Assembly: GCA_964406075.1 (NCBI GenBank)
Contig: CAYOQI010000004.1
Coordinates: forward strand, 57,718 to 121,717
Origin: an uncultured Pseudomonadales bacterium
GTDB taxonomy: Bacteria > Patescibacteriota > Microgenomatia > UBA1400 > PJMF01
Direction of reading: 5' to 3'
Length of the DNA: 64,000 nucleotides
Part shown: one piece after another, positions 1 to 9,303 of the stretch
Layout of the letters: every line of letters begins with the position of its first letter
Position numbering within the stretch: the first letter of the stretch is position 1
Translations under genes and position numbers: made by a program
The notes under the pieces: model-generated
Databases searched by the model: none
What the model was told of the DNA's origin: nothing
What the model saw: the letters and a program-made list of their open reading frames with translations, nothing else

Positions 1-281
1 CAAAGGAATGAAAAGAAGCATACGACAGCAGAAACTACGGAATTCGATTATTAAAACGAAGAGATTTAACTCTCTGAAACTTTAATAAAAGAATGCTCGT
101 TAACAAGGTAGTTACAGAAAATTTTAGTCAAAGTTTTTGGCTAAGGATATTGTCATGTCAGCCAAAGAGGGTTCGTTCTCTAATCAACGTTCCTTCCTTG
201 GCTGGCATTACACCCGCGCAAGCGGTGCCTGGCCGAAAACCTAATCTAATCAATCGTTCACTTAAGGAGTTTGTAGAAACA

Positions 282-1352
282 ATGAAGCGTAATTTTGTCA
301 TTCTGTCTGTTATCGTCCTGGCCCTCGTGGCCAGCTTGTCGCCAGTTATGGCACAAGAAGCAACCGAGGAACCCGTTTTTACATGCATCATTTCGGTTAT
401 CGACAACGTTGTTACGCGTGGAGCATGTCCCGAAGCCGCTCTGGCCGCTACTGGTCAAGGTGGTGGATTGACACCTCTCGCAGTTCCGTTCGATTTCATG
501 TCGGAAGCCTACGCCGCCGAAGCATTTGATTTTGGTAACGGTTTCCATCGCGTGAACGCCGCCTTCAATGGCGAATACACCTCATGGTGGCATCAAGAAA
601 GCCTTACGACTAACCGAGCTGTGAAGCCCGGCGAAATCGTCGCAGAAGATGCATTACTTTGGGTGTTTGAACCTGACGACGACGATCTGACCGTTCAATT
701 TACCGTTCAACTGAGTGTCGAGGATATTTTGGATTGGCAGTCGAAAGACTTCCCCTTCCAGCCCTACGACGCGCAGCGTGGTATGTGGATTGATCGCCCG
801 GCTGATGGCGAAAATGTGGCGCTTTTCCTGCTCGGTGATGCCACTTCCTTGAGCATCAATGGATCAATTCCATTTGATGTCTCAATCGATGGTTGCACAG
901 ACTGCGACAAGCCAACATTTGTGGTTAATCCTAGCACGGTAAATATCCCGGCTGAGTGGTTCGCCACTGAAAGTACACGCAAGGTCGATCATGACGCTGC
1001 CATCACTATCCCGATGGTGAATAATGCTGCCGCAGTTCGCGCCGGTACAGAACAACTCGTTCCAGTGACGATCCAGTTTACTGTCTTGAAGGACACGCGC
1101 TTTACCGTACACGCTGGTGCATGGACAGAAGTCGAAAACGCCGAGGCACTGATCGTTGGTGACTGCACGCTGACAGCAGTACAAAACGTGAACGTGCGCA
1201 CCGAAGCGAATTTGACCGCTGCAATTGAAACCGTGCTGGTCGCCGGCGCGAGTTTGCCCGTTGAAAGCCAAGAGAACGACTTTTATGTTGTTCCCGGTGG
1301 CTACGTTTCGAAAAATGCCAACGTCACTCTCTCTGAGGGTTGCGCTGGCTGA
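282..1352 (+). CDS. Secreted protein of unknown function with an N-terminal signal peptide. The start was chosen at MKRNFVILSV, inside the longer ORF 93..1352.
   Basis: Long ORF with an AGGAG-like RBS (cttaaggag) about 10 nt upstream of the ATG at 282. The N-terminus MKRNFVILSVIVLALVASLSPVMAQEA is a classic signal peptide. GC is about 50%, against about 37% for the rest of the window. Confidence 0.5.
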   Translation: MKRNFVILSVIVLALVASLSPVMAQEATEEPVFTCIISVIDNVVTRGACPEAALAATGQGGGLTPLAVPFDFMSEAYAAEAFDFGNGFHRVNAAFNGEYTSWWHQESLTTNRAVKPGEIVAEDALLWVFEPDDDDLTVQFTVQLSVEDILDWQSKDFPFQPYDAQRGMWIDRPADGENVALFLLGDATSLSINGSIPFDVSIDGCTDCDKPTFVVNPSTVNIPAEWFATESTRKVDHDAAITIPMVNNAAAVRAGTEQLVPVTIQFTVLKDTRFTVHAGAWTEVENAEALIVGDCTLTAVQNVNVRTEANLTAAIETVLVAGASLPVESQENDFYVVPGGYVSKNANVTLSEGCAG

Positions 1353-1466
1353 ATCAATTTTCCTGTAACACCTTGGAATCCCCCGGTCACAAAACTGGGG
1401 GGCTTCACAAAGTTTATGACCTTGAGTCGTGAATTTTGAAAAGCTAAAAAATTATTAAGGAACTCT

Positions 1467-1697
1467 ATGCAAAACACATTGTCTGCTATTGCACAAATGC
1501 TTATCGCCCTGGCTATCATTGCCGTGGCTGTGGTCATGTATTTATACATGCCAAAAGTCTCACAATACCTCGAGCAGACTGCTCGACATGATTGTGCGCA
1601 AGACTACCGTCTTGCCTTCACTGACAACAACACCACAGTTTCTCGACCTGTCGATGAACTGTACGCCAAGTGTTTAAGTGAAAAAGGTATTAAATAA
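1467..1697 (+). CDS. Small membrane protein (76 aa, one TM helix), hypothetical.
   Basis: ORF with a hydrophobic N-terminal helix (IAQMLIALAIIAVAVVMYLYM). It is immediately followed by a rho-independent terminator. Confidence 0.35.
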   Translation: MQNTLSAIAQMLIALAIIAVAVVMYLYMPKVSQYLEQTARHDCAQDYRLAFTDNNTTVSRPVDELYAKCLSEKGIK

Positions 1698-1725
1698 TCA
1701 ATACTCTTCAAAAATTATTAAAACA

Positions 1726-1752
1726 GGTGAGCCACAAACTCACCTGTTTTTT
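1726..1752 (+). terminator. Rho-independent terminator (hairpin caggtgag/ctcacctg followed by a T7 tract).
   Basis: aaaacaggtgagccacaaactcacctgttttttta, read directly in the sequence. Confidence 0.6.
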
Positions 1753-1811
1753 TATGCTCCTGATGGATTTGTTCATACCACTCTTCCCTCAAGTTCGATA
1801 TAGTAGAAGTA

Positions 1812-2657
1812 ATGGGGAAAATTCTTCTCTTTGGAGCTAAAGATCTCATCATTTTGGCCGTCTTTTCAGTCGCCTGTCTTGCTGTATTTGCAGGGGTAGT
1901 TCTCCCTTTTCAGTTCCCTATTATTCCCTTCGGCCAGTATCAAGTCGGTATTTTCCCAATGGGGTTTGCTTTATACCAACACAATACCAATGGTCCGTAT
2001 TATGGCGTTTCTCCATTTAATGACTTTTATGTCACTTCTTCTGGTTTTCGAGCACCTTTACTCGAGTCGAAAGAATACCAAGACAATAGTTTTAAAACGA
2101 ATATAAATCAGCCTGCCTGGAGACAGATCGGGTTAGTCTGGTCCAATATCTTTCTGAACGCTCAACCGAGTTACATGATTGAAAATGCACGCCACAAGAC
2201 ACTCTATACTGCCAAAATCGCTGAAAATAACCTGCTCTTGCAGAGAAGTACCCAACTCAAAGATAATCAAGTTATTACAGCAGGCGGCATAACCCTTCAG
2301 TATTTTGAAAATGATCTGGTATTAGAACCTCAATCTCGTTATTACTACAATCAAATCTCACCAAAAGATCTTGAGGTGGTCGAAAAAGAAATGTATTTCA
2401 CTCCTCAATACAGAGAAATCCCTGAAGAACTTCCTGATCAGGATAACTTCTCGTGGATTGTGGAGTCGGGAAAGATCGTAGTCGTGAATCCTAATAAACC
2501 AGGAGGATTTATGATTGAAAGCCTTCCAGGTCAAAGTATCTTAGTGCATCCTGTGGCACGCCTTATTGAAGTCGTAGAACAGAACCCTGAGAAATCCTCA
2601 ACTCAGTCTATAGAAATCCGAGTAAAAAACTTTACTGATTTAGGAGATAGTATCTGA
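1812..2657 (+). CDS. Membrane-anchored hypothetical protein (281 aa). It is translationally coupled (TGATG overlap) to the downstream GT-C-like gene.
   Basis: ORF with an N-terminal TM helix (LIILAVFSVACLAVFAGVVL). Its stop overlaps the start of the 2657 ORF. Confidence 0.5.
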   Translation: MGKILLFGAKDLIILAVFSVACLAVFAGVVLPFQFPIIPFGQYQVGIFPMGFALYQHNTNGPYYGVSPFNDFYVTSSGFRAPLLESKEYQDNSFKTNINQPAWRQIGLVWSNIFLNAQPSYMIENARHKTLYTAKIAENNLLLQRSTQLKDNQVITAGGITLQYFENDLVLEPQSRYYYNQISPKDLEVVEKEMYFTPQYREIPEELPDQDNFSWIVESGKIVVVNPNKPGGFMIESLPGQSILVHPVARLIEVVEQNPEKSSTQSIEIRVKNFTDLGDSI

Positions 2658-4615
2658 TGATTCAAGCTTTATTTTCTAGCCTTTTTTTCTATCTCCTACC
2701 ACTAGGAACAGGGTTATTTTGTTTTTCGCTGGTTCAGCTCATTCGAGAAACTCGGAATAAAAACCAGCCACTGTATGCCAGATTTGAACATGTTGTGGAA
2801 GAGAAAATTGATCTAGTACTCCACCCACATACTTTTTCCCTAGCCTCACTGTTTTTTTACATAACTTCAGCCTTCACAACTGGAATTGTTGTACTATTTC
2901 TTCTTGCTGTCGGACTCCAATATGGAGTTGTTCAACTGTTGTCATTGCCAACATTTAGCTTTCCTCAACTCTTTTTCCCTCTAGTGTACCTATTAGCACT
3001 TAGTGGTGTTGTTCTTTCTCTGATTACTCAGAAACACTATTTTAAAAAGCTATCTAAAGCTCGATTAACGCAATTCTTACCTGTATTTCTCATCATTTTC
3101 TTGGCTATAGTCACATCTCTTCTCTGGAATTACCGCAGTCCATACTCTCTGAATTGGGATCTGTATCAACATCAATTGATGTCGAGAGTAATTATCGAGA
3201 AGCAATTTAGCCTGACTACCTCGAGCTTATCTGATACGTTTGGGTTTGATAGCTATCCTCCGACTTTCCATCTCCTGATGGCGAGTGCTCAGTGGCCTTT
3301 TGAACTGGCTCCTACTTTCATTACCAGTTTTTGGCAAATCACGGCCTTTTTTCATCTGGCATTAATAGGAATTGCATCGTATCTCCTTGCTCGATCCTTA
3401 TATCCCAATCGCTGGGTCGGGATACTTTCCATCCTGACCGGAATGTTGATATTCGATTCAGTCGTTTCTTTTACTAATATCTTTCTTCTTCCTCAAACCT
3501 TAGCTGCCTTAATTTTTACTCTAGCATTTGCCCACATCATTGCTTTTAAACCTCATTGGCTTCAGATTGCAATATATTTGGTAGCTATTTTCATGTTGCA
3601 CTATGTGGTGGGAACTCTGGCTGTCACCATCTTATTAGCCACTGCCGTAGCCTTTCGAGTAGATAGCTTTTGGTCACCGGTTACTTCTCACTTCCCTTTG
3701 CTTCCAGTTTTTTTCTTTCTTTGTCTGGTTGCCTTGATCGGAGCGCCACAATTGAATTTAAGCGGTCTTAATCAGGGTGAAGCGGCTTTATATACTTATT
3801 CCTTATCTCAAAAGTGGGAATTTGCTCTCAGAGTTTACGGCTGGTTACTGATCATTTTTCTGCCGTTATCAGCTGTCACTATCTATGAAGCCAAAAGCAA
3901 GAAATTAGCCTGGAGTTCACTTATTTTCCTCGGCTTATTAACGATAATCTCAACCCAACTTCCATACATGTTGAAGTTTTATGTTATTACCCGATTTTTC
4001 CTTCATTTCTTTTTAGCCTTGGGTATTTGGAGTATTGTGAAAACGCTTGATTTAAGAATTTCTAAAGCTATTGCCATTATTTTAGTGATTCTGACCTGTG
4101 TGGGATTGTTTGGATACAATATTTCCTTCTGGAAACATGGATTAAATTACCAGGATCAACTTACTCATCTGGATCAATCTGATCTGGATACCGCAGAATT
4201 TTTACAAAAAGTCTATGCTGATCAGGAAATACTTATGATTTCTGATCCGGCTACTCAATTTATTTTGGAAGGCTTTAGTGGGGTGAATTCGCCTGGAGGT
4301 TCATTTATGACTCCTGTAAATCGCAATCTGTTATTTCAAGCTTTATCTCAAGAAGACTCAACTCAAATAAAAAGTCGTCTCGACCAAATGACTGATAAAT
4401 TAAGTACTCAATATGACAAAAAACTCTTTGTGGTTAGCGGACGGACCTTCCTCTGGAAAACAAGTGACGAAAAGTTCAGAAACTCTTTTGATTACAACAT
4501 CTGGTCTCCTCGAGACTTATCATGGCGTGATAAAGAATTTATTGAAAAATTAGACCAGTCAGCTGACTTTTCCATTGTTTTCTCTTCTCCTGTTTATACA
4601 GTCCTAGAGTTTTAA
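2657..4615 (+). CDS. Polytopic membrane protein (652 aa, about 12 or more TM helices plus a C-terminal soluble domain of about 170 aa). The architecture resembles GT-C fold polyprenyl-phosphate-sugar dependent glycosyltransferases (ArnT/PMT/YfhO-like), but the family is not resolved.
   Basis: Hydrophobicity pattern of the translation. Genomic context: a GT2 DPM1-like gene, a GT4 gene and a flippase are adjacent. No WWDYG (STT3) motif was found. Confidence 0.4.
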   Translation: MIQALFSSLFFYLLPLGTGLFCFSLVQLIRETRNKNQPLYARFEHVVEEKIDLVLHPHTFSLASLFFYITSAFTTGIVVLFLLAVGLQYGVVQLLSLPTFSFPQLFFPLVYLLALSGVVLSLITQKHYFKKLSKARLTQFLPVFLIIFLAIVTSLLWNYRSPYSLNWDLYQHQLMSRVIIEKQFSLTTSSLSDTFGFDSYPPTFHLLMASAQWPFELAPTFITSFWQITAFFHLALIGIASYLLARSLYPNRWVGILSILTGMLIFDSVVSFTNIFLLPQTLAALIFTLAFAHIIAFKPHWLQIAIYLVAIFMLHYVVGTLAVTILLATAVAFRVDSFWSPVTSHFPLLPVFFFLCLVALIGAPQLNLSGLNQGEAALYTYSLSQKWEFALRVYGWLLIIFLPLSAVTIYEAKSKKLAWSSLIFLGLLTIISTQLPYMLKFYVITRFFLHFFLALGIWSIVKTLDLRISKAIAIILVILTCVGLFGYNISFWKHGLNYQDQLTHLDQSDLDTAEFLQKVYADQEILMISDPATQFILEGFSGVNSPGGSFMTPVNRNLLFQALSQEDSTQIKSRLDQMTDKLSTQYDKKLFVVSGRTFLWKTSDEKFRNSFDYNIWSPRDLSWRDKEFIEKLDQSADFSIVFSSPVYTVLEF

Positions 4616-4771
4616 GACTCATCCGTTTAATTATTTCCATTGAACTAGCCCAGTTAACTCATTGCCAAAATCAGTTTTATTGGTTATATTCTCACCCTTG
4701 TCCTTACAATCTTTCTCTGGATCTCTTGCACTATAATTGACATTTTCATTATTATAGGATATAATCTCCGC

Positions 4772-5560
4772 ATGATTTTAAACAAATCTATTACACTCAT
4801 CATTCCCTGTAAGAACGAGCAAGGCTCGATCCCTAAGCTTTTGCGACGTGTTCCTACATACGTTGACGAAGTGATCGTCGTCGATAACAACTCTTCAGAT
4901 AATACTTCTGAGGTTGCTCGAAAACTTGGTGCTATCGTCGTTTCTGAAAAAAGAAAAGATAAATTTGGCATTGGGTATGGATATGCTCACCAAAAAGGTA
5001 TGCGATTTGCTACCAGTGACTATATCGTTACGATGGATGGTGACCGCACTTACCCTCTCAATGAGATCAAGAACTTGGTGAAACACATGGAGAAAAACCA
5101 ACTCGACTTTGTGTCATGTACTCGATTTCCTTTAATGCGATCTCAAGCTATTACTAAAATGAGACAATTTGGTGTTTGGATTTTGAACACTGAAGTAAAA
5201 ATGTTGTATCAATATCCTATGCAAGACATATTGAGTGGTATGTGGGCTATGAATAGAAAAACCGCACGCAAACTCAAACTTATTGAAGGTGGATGGGACT
5301 TATCTCCAGAGATTAAGCTTGAAGCTTTACAAACGAAAGATTTGAAGTTTGCTGAGTATCATATTGACCATGCTCACCGAGATAATGGTGCCAGTAAGCA
5401 ACAACTCTGGACTACGGGTTTTAATCATTTAAAGTATATTGCTGTTCGTAGATTTACTCGAGATAATCCAGCTTTCCATTTTTATAAAAAGCAAGTCAAA
5501 AGCTTTCGAAAAGGCTGGGAAATGGTTCTCGAAACCTTTGCACCAAACTTAGCTGAGTAA
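4772..5560 (+). CDS. GT2 family glycosyltransferase, dolichyl/polyprenyl-phosphate sugar synthase (DPM1/GtrB/ArnC-like).
   Basis: N-terminal LIIPCKNEQGSI, then VIVVDNNSSDNT, then a DxD-like TMDGDRTYP motif, all typical of GT2 DPM1-like enzymes. About 260 aa and soluble. Confidence 0.8.
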   Translation: MILNKSITLIIPCKNEQGSIPKLLRRVPTYVDEVIVVDNNSSDNTSEVARKLGAIVVSEKRKDKFGIGYGYAHQKGMRFATSDYIVTMDGDRTYPLNEIKNLVKHMEKNQLDFVSCTRFPLMRSQAITKMRQFGVWILNTEVKMLYQYPMQDILSGMWAMNRKTARKLKLIEGGWDLSPEIKLEALQTKDLKFAEYHIDHAHRDNGASKQQLWTTGFNHLKYIAVRRFTRDNPAFHFYKKQVKSFRKGWEMVLETFAPNLAE

Positions 5561-5587
5561 TTGAGATAAACACGCTAGAATAAACTC

Positions 5588-6715
5588 ATGCGTATTCTTG
5601 TCACAACTCCCTATTTTCACCCTCATCCTGGCGGAAGCCAACGATATATTGAGGAACTGTATCAGGAGTTGCTCAAAATTTCCCCTGAATCATCAGTCGA
5701 TGTGCTTACTTACAATACAGAACATGTCAAATTTCATGAAAGTTATCATGGAATTGATGTGTATCGTGTTCCCTGCTGGGAAGTTCTTCGAGGTCAATTT
5801 ACCATTCCTCATCCTCTCGCCTTGATTAAAACGCTTCGTTTCTTGAAAAAGAAACGTAATGGGTATGATGTTCTCAACGCCCATACTCGTTTTTTTGATA
5901 CGGCCTGGTGGGGTCCTTTAGCTTCTAAATATCTGAGTGCAAAATCAGTTTTAACTGATCATTGCGCTGCTCATCCAGTTCATCCTTCTTTTATCGTTTC
6001 TTCATTGACTGCTTTACTGGATAAAATTGTTATTCCAGTATTAACTCGAACCTTTGATGCCGTCACTGTCGTAAGTGATGCCACTGGAAAATTTCTCGAG
6101 TCTCAAGGTGGGAAATCGAATTACACGGTCATTTATGGTGGTATTTGGTTAAGAGATAAAAAGCTGACAAAAAAGACTAATAACCAGCTTGTGATTGGTT
6201 TTTTAGGTCGAATGATACCAAGCAAAGGCGCTCAAAGATTACTTACCCTTGCTCAAAAAATGAATACTCAGGAGAAAGATATAATTTTCAAATTTGCGGG
6301 TGATGGACCAATCTTGGAGGAATTAAAACACTCACAATCAAAGAATACACAATTTTTAGGTAAACTCAATCGGCCTCAAGTAAATGACTTTCTCGATCAA
6401 GTAGATATTCTTGTTCACCCATCCACTCATCATGAAGGTTTCCCAAGCGTCTTACTCGAAGCAGGAGCTCATGGTTGTGCTGTCGTAGCTACCCCACAAG
6501 GTGGTACGACTGAGTTGATTATCGATCACGAGACAGGGTTGATTTGTTCTGCAGACGAAAATGACATTCAATCTAAAGTCATTGAATTAATTGAGAACAA
6601 AGGATTAAGAGAAACACTCGGTAAAAAACTCCAACAAAAAGTAGATAAAGAATTTCAATGGCAGGATATTGCCAAAAAGTACAAAAACTTCCTTGAACTA
6701 GTCATTAATTCTTAA
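5588..6715 (+). CDS. GT4 (GT-B fold) glycosyltransferase.
   Basis: C-terminal EGFPSVLLEAGAHGCAVVATPQGGTTELI matches the E-x7-E Glycos_transf_1 signature. The N-terminal RILVTTPYFHPHPGGSQRY matches the GT4 N-domain. Confidence 0.8.
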   Translation: MRILVTTPYFHPHPGGSQRYIEELYQELLKISPESSVDVLTYNTEHVKFHESYHGIDVYRVPCWEVLRGQFTIPHPLALIKTLRFLKKKRNGYDVLNAHTRFFDTAWWGPLASKYLSAKSVLTDHCAAHPVHPSFIVSSLTALLDKIVIPVLTRTFDAVTVVSDATGKFLESQGGKSNYTVIYGGIWLRDKKLTKKTNNQLVIGFLGRMIPSKGAQRLLTLAQKMNTQEKDIIFKFAGDGPILEELKHSQSKNTQFLGKLNRPQVNDFLDQVDILVHPSTHHEGFPSVLLEAGAHGCAVVATPQGGTTELIIDHETGLICSADENDIQSKVIELIENKGLRETLGKKLQQKVDKEFQWQDIAKKYKNFLELVINS

Positions 6716-7961
6716 CTACCAACCTTTTCCACTCTTTCCAAGTCAAAATCATCACCACCACTCGACTGATAATTCGAGCTACAGCGGCTCCCATCAGGCC
6801 AAAAACGGGTATTAGAAGCAAATCAAATAAGATCAGCGTACCACTGAGCAACCACCCAACTCTTGAGAAATACTGCGGATACTCAATGCTGTAAAACAGT
6901 GACGAAAATGGAACAGTCATGAAGAGTAAAAATGAAGAGATGGTTAAAATACGAAACTCAGTCAATGCCATCAAATACTCTGATCCAATTGTGTATTGAA
7001 GCAACCAGGGTGCAGTGATAATGACCGCTAAACAACTTCCCACACTTAACGCTACAATTCCCCAGCTTTTCTTCATAAACGCTTGTCGGTCAGCTTTTAA
7101 TATATATCGACTAGCTCGAATATTGAGCACATTCCCCAAACTAATTGCCAGCACACTAAATAAAAATGCTACTCGAGAAATTCCACCATAAATACCCGTC
7201 AAGTACACACCGAGGAACAGCTGAACAATGAGGACGTCAAGATTATCTGCAATCGCAATCGCAATGACTTGGACGCTATTATGTCGAAGAAACTGAGTCA
7301 AACGACCAGTCAATTCTTTCTCAAAGGTAAAGGTTGGACGTAAATATTTTTTTAACAAAAATAAAAATGGAAGTAATACTAACAACGGTAAAAGGTAGTA
7401 AATGACCGTAATACTAACGGCTGATTTCACTCCGAGAAAGATCAATCCTCCGACGATAAGTAACTTCAAAGCAGATTGCGAAATAAACATCACCATGGCT
7501 GGAATAAACCGATGAAGTGATTGATACAGACTCATACAATGTTCAAACCAGATCCCAATCAAGGCAAAAATCAACGCCGCGGGATAAATCCACCAGGCCG
7601 GAAGTTGGAATGCCCAAGTCACCACCGGAGAAAGCAATAATGCTGGAATCCACAGTAAGAGTAATTTCCACCGAAGACCAGTGATATGTTGCAAAACTTG
7701 TTGCACTTCGTGCTCTGATTTTTCTCTGGCTGTCGGCACAAATTTCTGCATGGCATACAGAAAGCCAGCATCACCAAACTTGATAAATAGCGAAAAAATA
7801 GCAAACACCAGAGAAAAGATTCCGAACTCGACCGGACCTAACATTCGAGAAATCAGGATAATTGTTAAAGCAGAAATACCTGTAGCCACCAGCGTTCCAC
7901 CAAATGTGATTACGCTCTGCTGAAAACCTTGAGAAGAAATGATTTTTTTGAAATCAACCAT
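6705..7961 (-). CDS. MOP-superfamily polysaccharide/oligosaccharide flippase (Wzx-like).
   Basis: 418 aa with about 12 predicted TM helices throughout. It is convergent with the GT4 gene. The topology is typical of a Polysacc_synt flippase. Confidence 0.55.
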   Translation of the reverse strand: MVDFKKIISSQGFQQSVITFGGTLVATGISALTIILISRMLGPVEFGIFSLVFAIFSLFIKFGDAGFLYAMQKFVPTAREKSEHEVQQVLQHITGLRWKLLLLWIPALLLSPVVTWAFQLPAWWIYPAALIFALIGIWFEHCMSLYQSLHRFIPAMVMFISQSALKLLIVGGLIFLGVKSAVSITVIYYLLPLLVLLPFLFLLKKYLRPTFTFEKELTGRLTQFLRHNSVQVIAIAIADNLDVLIVQLFLGVYLTGIYGGISRVAFLFSVLAISLGNVLNIRASRYILKADRQAFMKKSWGIVALSVGSCLAVIITAPWLLQYTIGSEYLMALTEFRILTISSFLLFMTVPFSSLFYSIEYPQYFSRVGWLLSGTLILFDLLLIPVFGLMGAAVARIISRVVVMILTWKEWKRLVVKN

Positions 7962-8040
7962 GACTGGAAGTATAAGAGGTACAAGGCACCAGATTCAAGC
8001 AGTAAGGAAAATATGATCATCATCTGGACCTATCTGCACG

Positions 8041-8817
8041 TTAATACTCAACCCGTCGAGCATACCGGAAGTAACGAACCGGAGAGTTCAAGAATTTACA
8101 GGTGTACAAAATAATATCGGCATCATAATCAGTGATTTCTTCACCTTCTTCACCAGCATAAATCTCATACTCATATCGACGTTTATCCCAGATCACTTCA
8201 AACGTATCCCCAACTTCTAATTTATTGAGGTTAAAAAAGGAATTTTGTCGACGATAGGCGTCTGTCCACTTGAGATATCCAAAGCGGTGAGCCAATAAAA
8301 TCATCGGACCAAGACTCTCTGGAGTAGCAAACTCTGTTTCTCGCCATACACCATGGCGCAAAGAATCTTCTGGCTCCACCGATTCTCCAATTTCAGTACG
8401 AACTCCAATCTTAGGAATGACTAACCAATTTCCATCTGGCAAATTTTCATCTCGAGGAGGGAGAACGATTTCAGAGTACAAAGTTCCCTCAGAATACAGT
8501 CCTCCCAGAGGTGATTCAGGTGTCTTGGCTTCAATTTGGACTCGTTCAACGGGTACAAATTTATAAAATGTATCTGGAAATAAGAATGCTGAAGCTACAA
8601 CGATTGACCCAAACAGTCCAATGGAAGAAATCAAGGAAATCAGATGTTTCCCAATTTTTCTTGGCTGTTTCTTAGGAAGAATAGTAGTTTGCACAGCAGA
8701 CCACATGAGCCACTCTTGGACTCTCTGTTCGCGTTGTCTGGCAAAATTGATCGTTGTATATAGCATATTAACTTGATTATTATAGGATACTTTTCCCGTT
8801 TTGTCCAGATACAACAC
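8041..8817 (-). CDS. Sortase-family transpeptidase with an N-terminal membrane anchor.
   Basis: ILLAHRFGY (LAGHR-like His), then EVGDTFEV, then IILYTCKF (TLxTC catalytic Cys), then a C-terminal conserved Arg (RYARRVEY). A TM helix (ISLISSIGLFGSIVVASAFLF) precedes the catalytic domain. The true start may be an internal Met. Confidence 0.6.
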   Translation of the reverse strand: MLYLDKTGKVSYNNQVNMLYTTINFARQREQRVQEWLMWSAVQTTILPKKQPRKIGKHLISLISSIGLFGSIVVASAFLFPDTFYKFVPVERVQIEAKTPESPLGGLYSEGTLYSEIVLPPRDENLPDGNWLVIPKIGVRTEIGESVEPEDSLRHGVWRETEFATPESLGPMILLAHRFGYLKWTDAYRRQNSFFNLNKLEVGDTFEVIWDKRRYEYEIYAGEEGEEITDYDADIILYTCKFLNSPVRYFRYARRVEY

Positions 8818-8867
8818 ATATAAATAGCCTTGACTTTTTTATAAAGAGCAATGAGAATGATGTCTAT

Positions 8868-9197
8868 ATGACGGAAAAACACCAGCGCTCTGCAGCAACT
8901 ATTGCAATTGAAATAGGTTCAGGCCATCCTGTAACAGAACAAGTAACAAATATTAAGGTTACTTCTGATGACATAACCAGACTTCTGTTGAGAACCTCAT
9001 CAGAAGCAGAACTGCCAAATTTTGACCTTGAAAAAACTGTAACTCAACTTACGGAACTTCAAACTGCACTTCAGCAAGAACAATTCCCAAATGGTCCAGG
9101 AGAAATTGACCCTGAACTCAATACAGCATTGCGTGAACTTTCTTCGTTTTTAAACGGCATCAAACTGATGCAAAAGTTAGCTTCTCGACCAGAATAA
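8868..9197 (+). CDS. Hypothetical protein (109 aa).
   Basis: ORF in an intergenic position, divergent from the sortase gene. No motif recognised. Confidence 0.35.
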   Translation: MTEKHQRSAATIAIEIGSGHPVTEQVTNIKVTSDDITRLLLRTSSEAELPNFDLEKTVTQLTELQTALQQEQFPNGPGEIDPELNTALRELSSFLNGIKLMQKLASRPE

Positions 9198-9303
9198 AAT
9201 TCTCTACTTCATTGATCATTTTTAAAAAAAACATAGATCTTTAGAATTTTTTTAGTTATTACCCACTAGTTTCGTACACGCTTTCCGCTGTTATACTACA
9301 AGT

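Noticed and set aside
158-1549. Minus-strand ORFs overlapping the high-GC secreted-protein gene (158-406, 258-548, 764-982, 882-1271, 989-1201, 1301-1549).
   Set aside because: High GC inflates spurious ORF length on the opposite strand. The plus-strand gene has an RBS, a signal peptide and consistent codon usage.
2657-4615. Calling the 652-aa membrane protein an STT3/AglB/PglB oligosaccharyltransferase.
   Set aside because: No WWDYG or DK/MI motifs are visible. Only a generic GT-C-like architecture can be supported.
4684-4971. ORF 4684-4971 (-) between the GT-C-like and GT2 genes.
   Set aside because: It overlaps the 5' end of the well-supported GT2 CDS on the opposite strand. Likely spurious.
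7929-8114. ORF 7929-8114 (+) between the flippase and sortase genes.
   Set aside because: 61 aa, no motif, and it overlaps the sortase 3' end.
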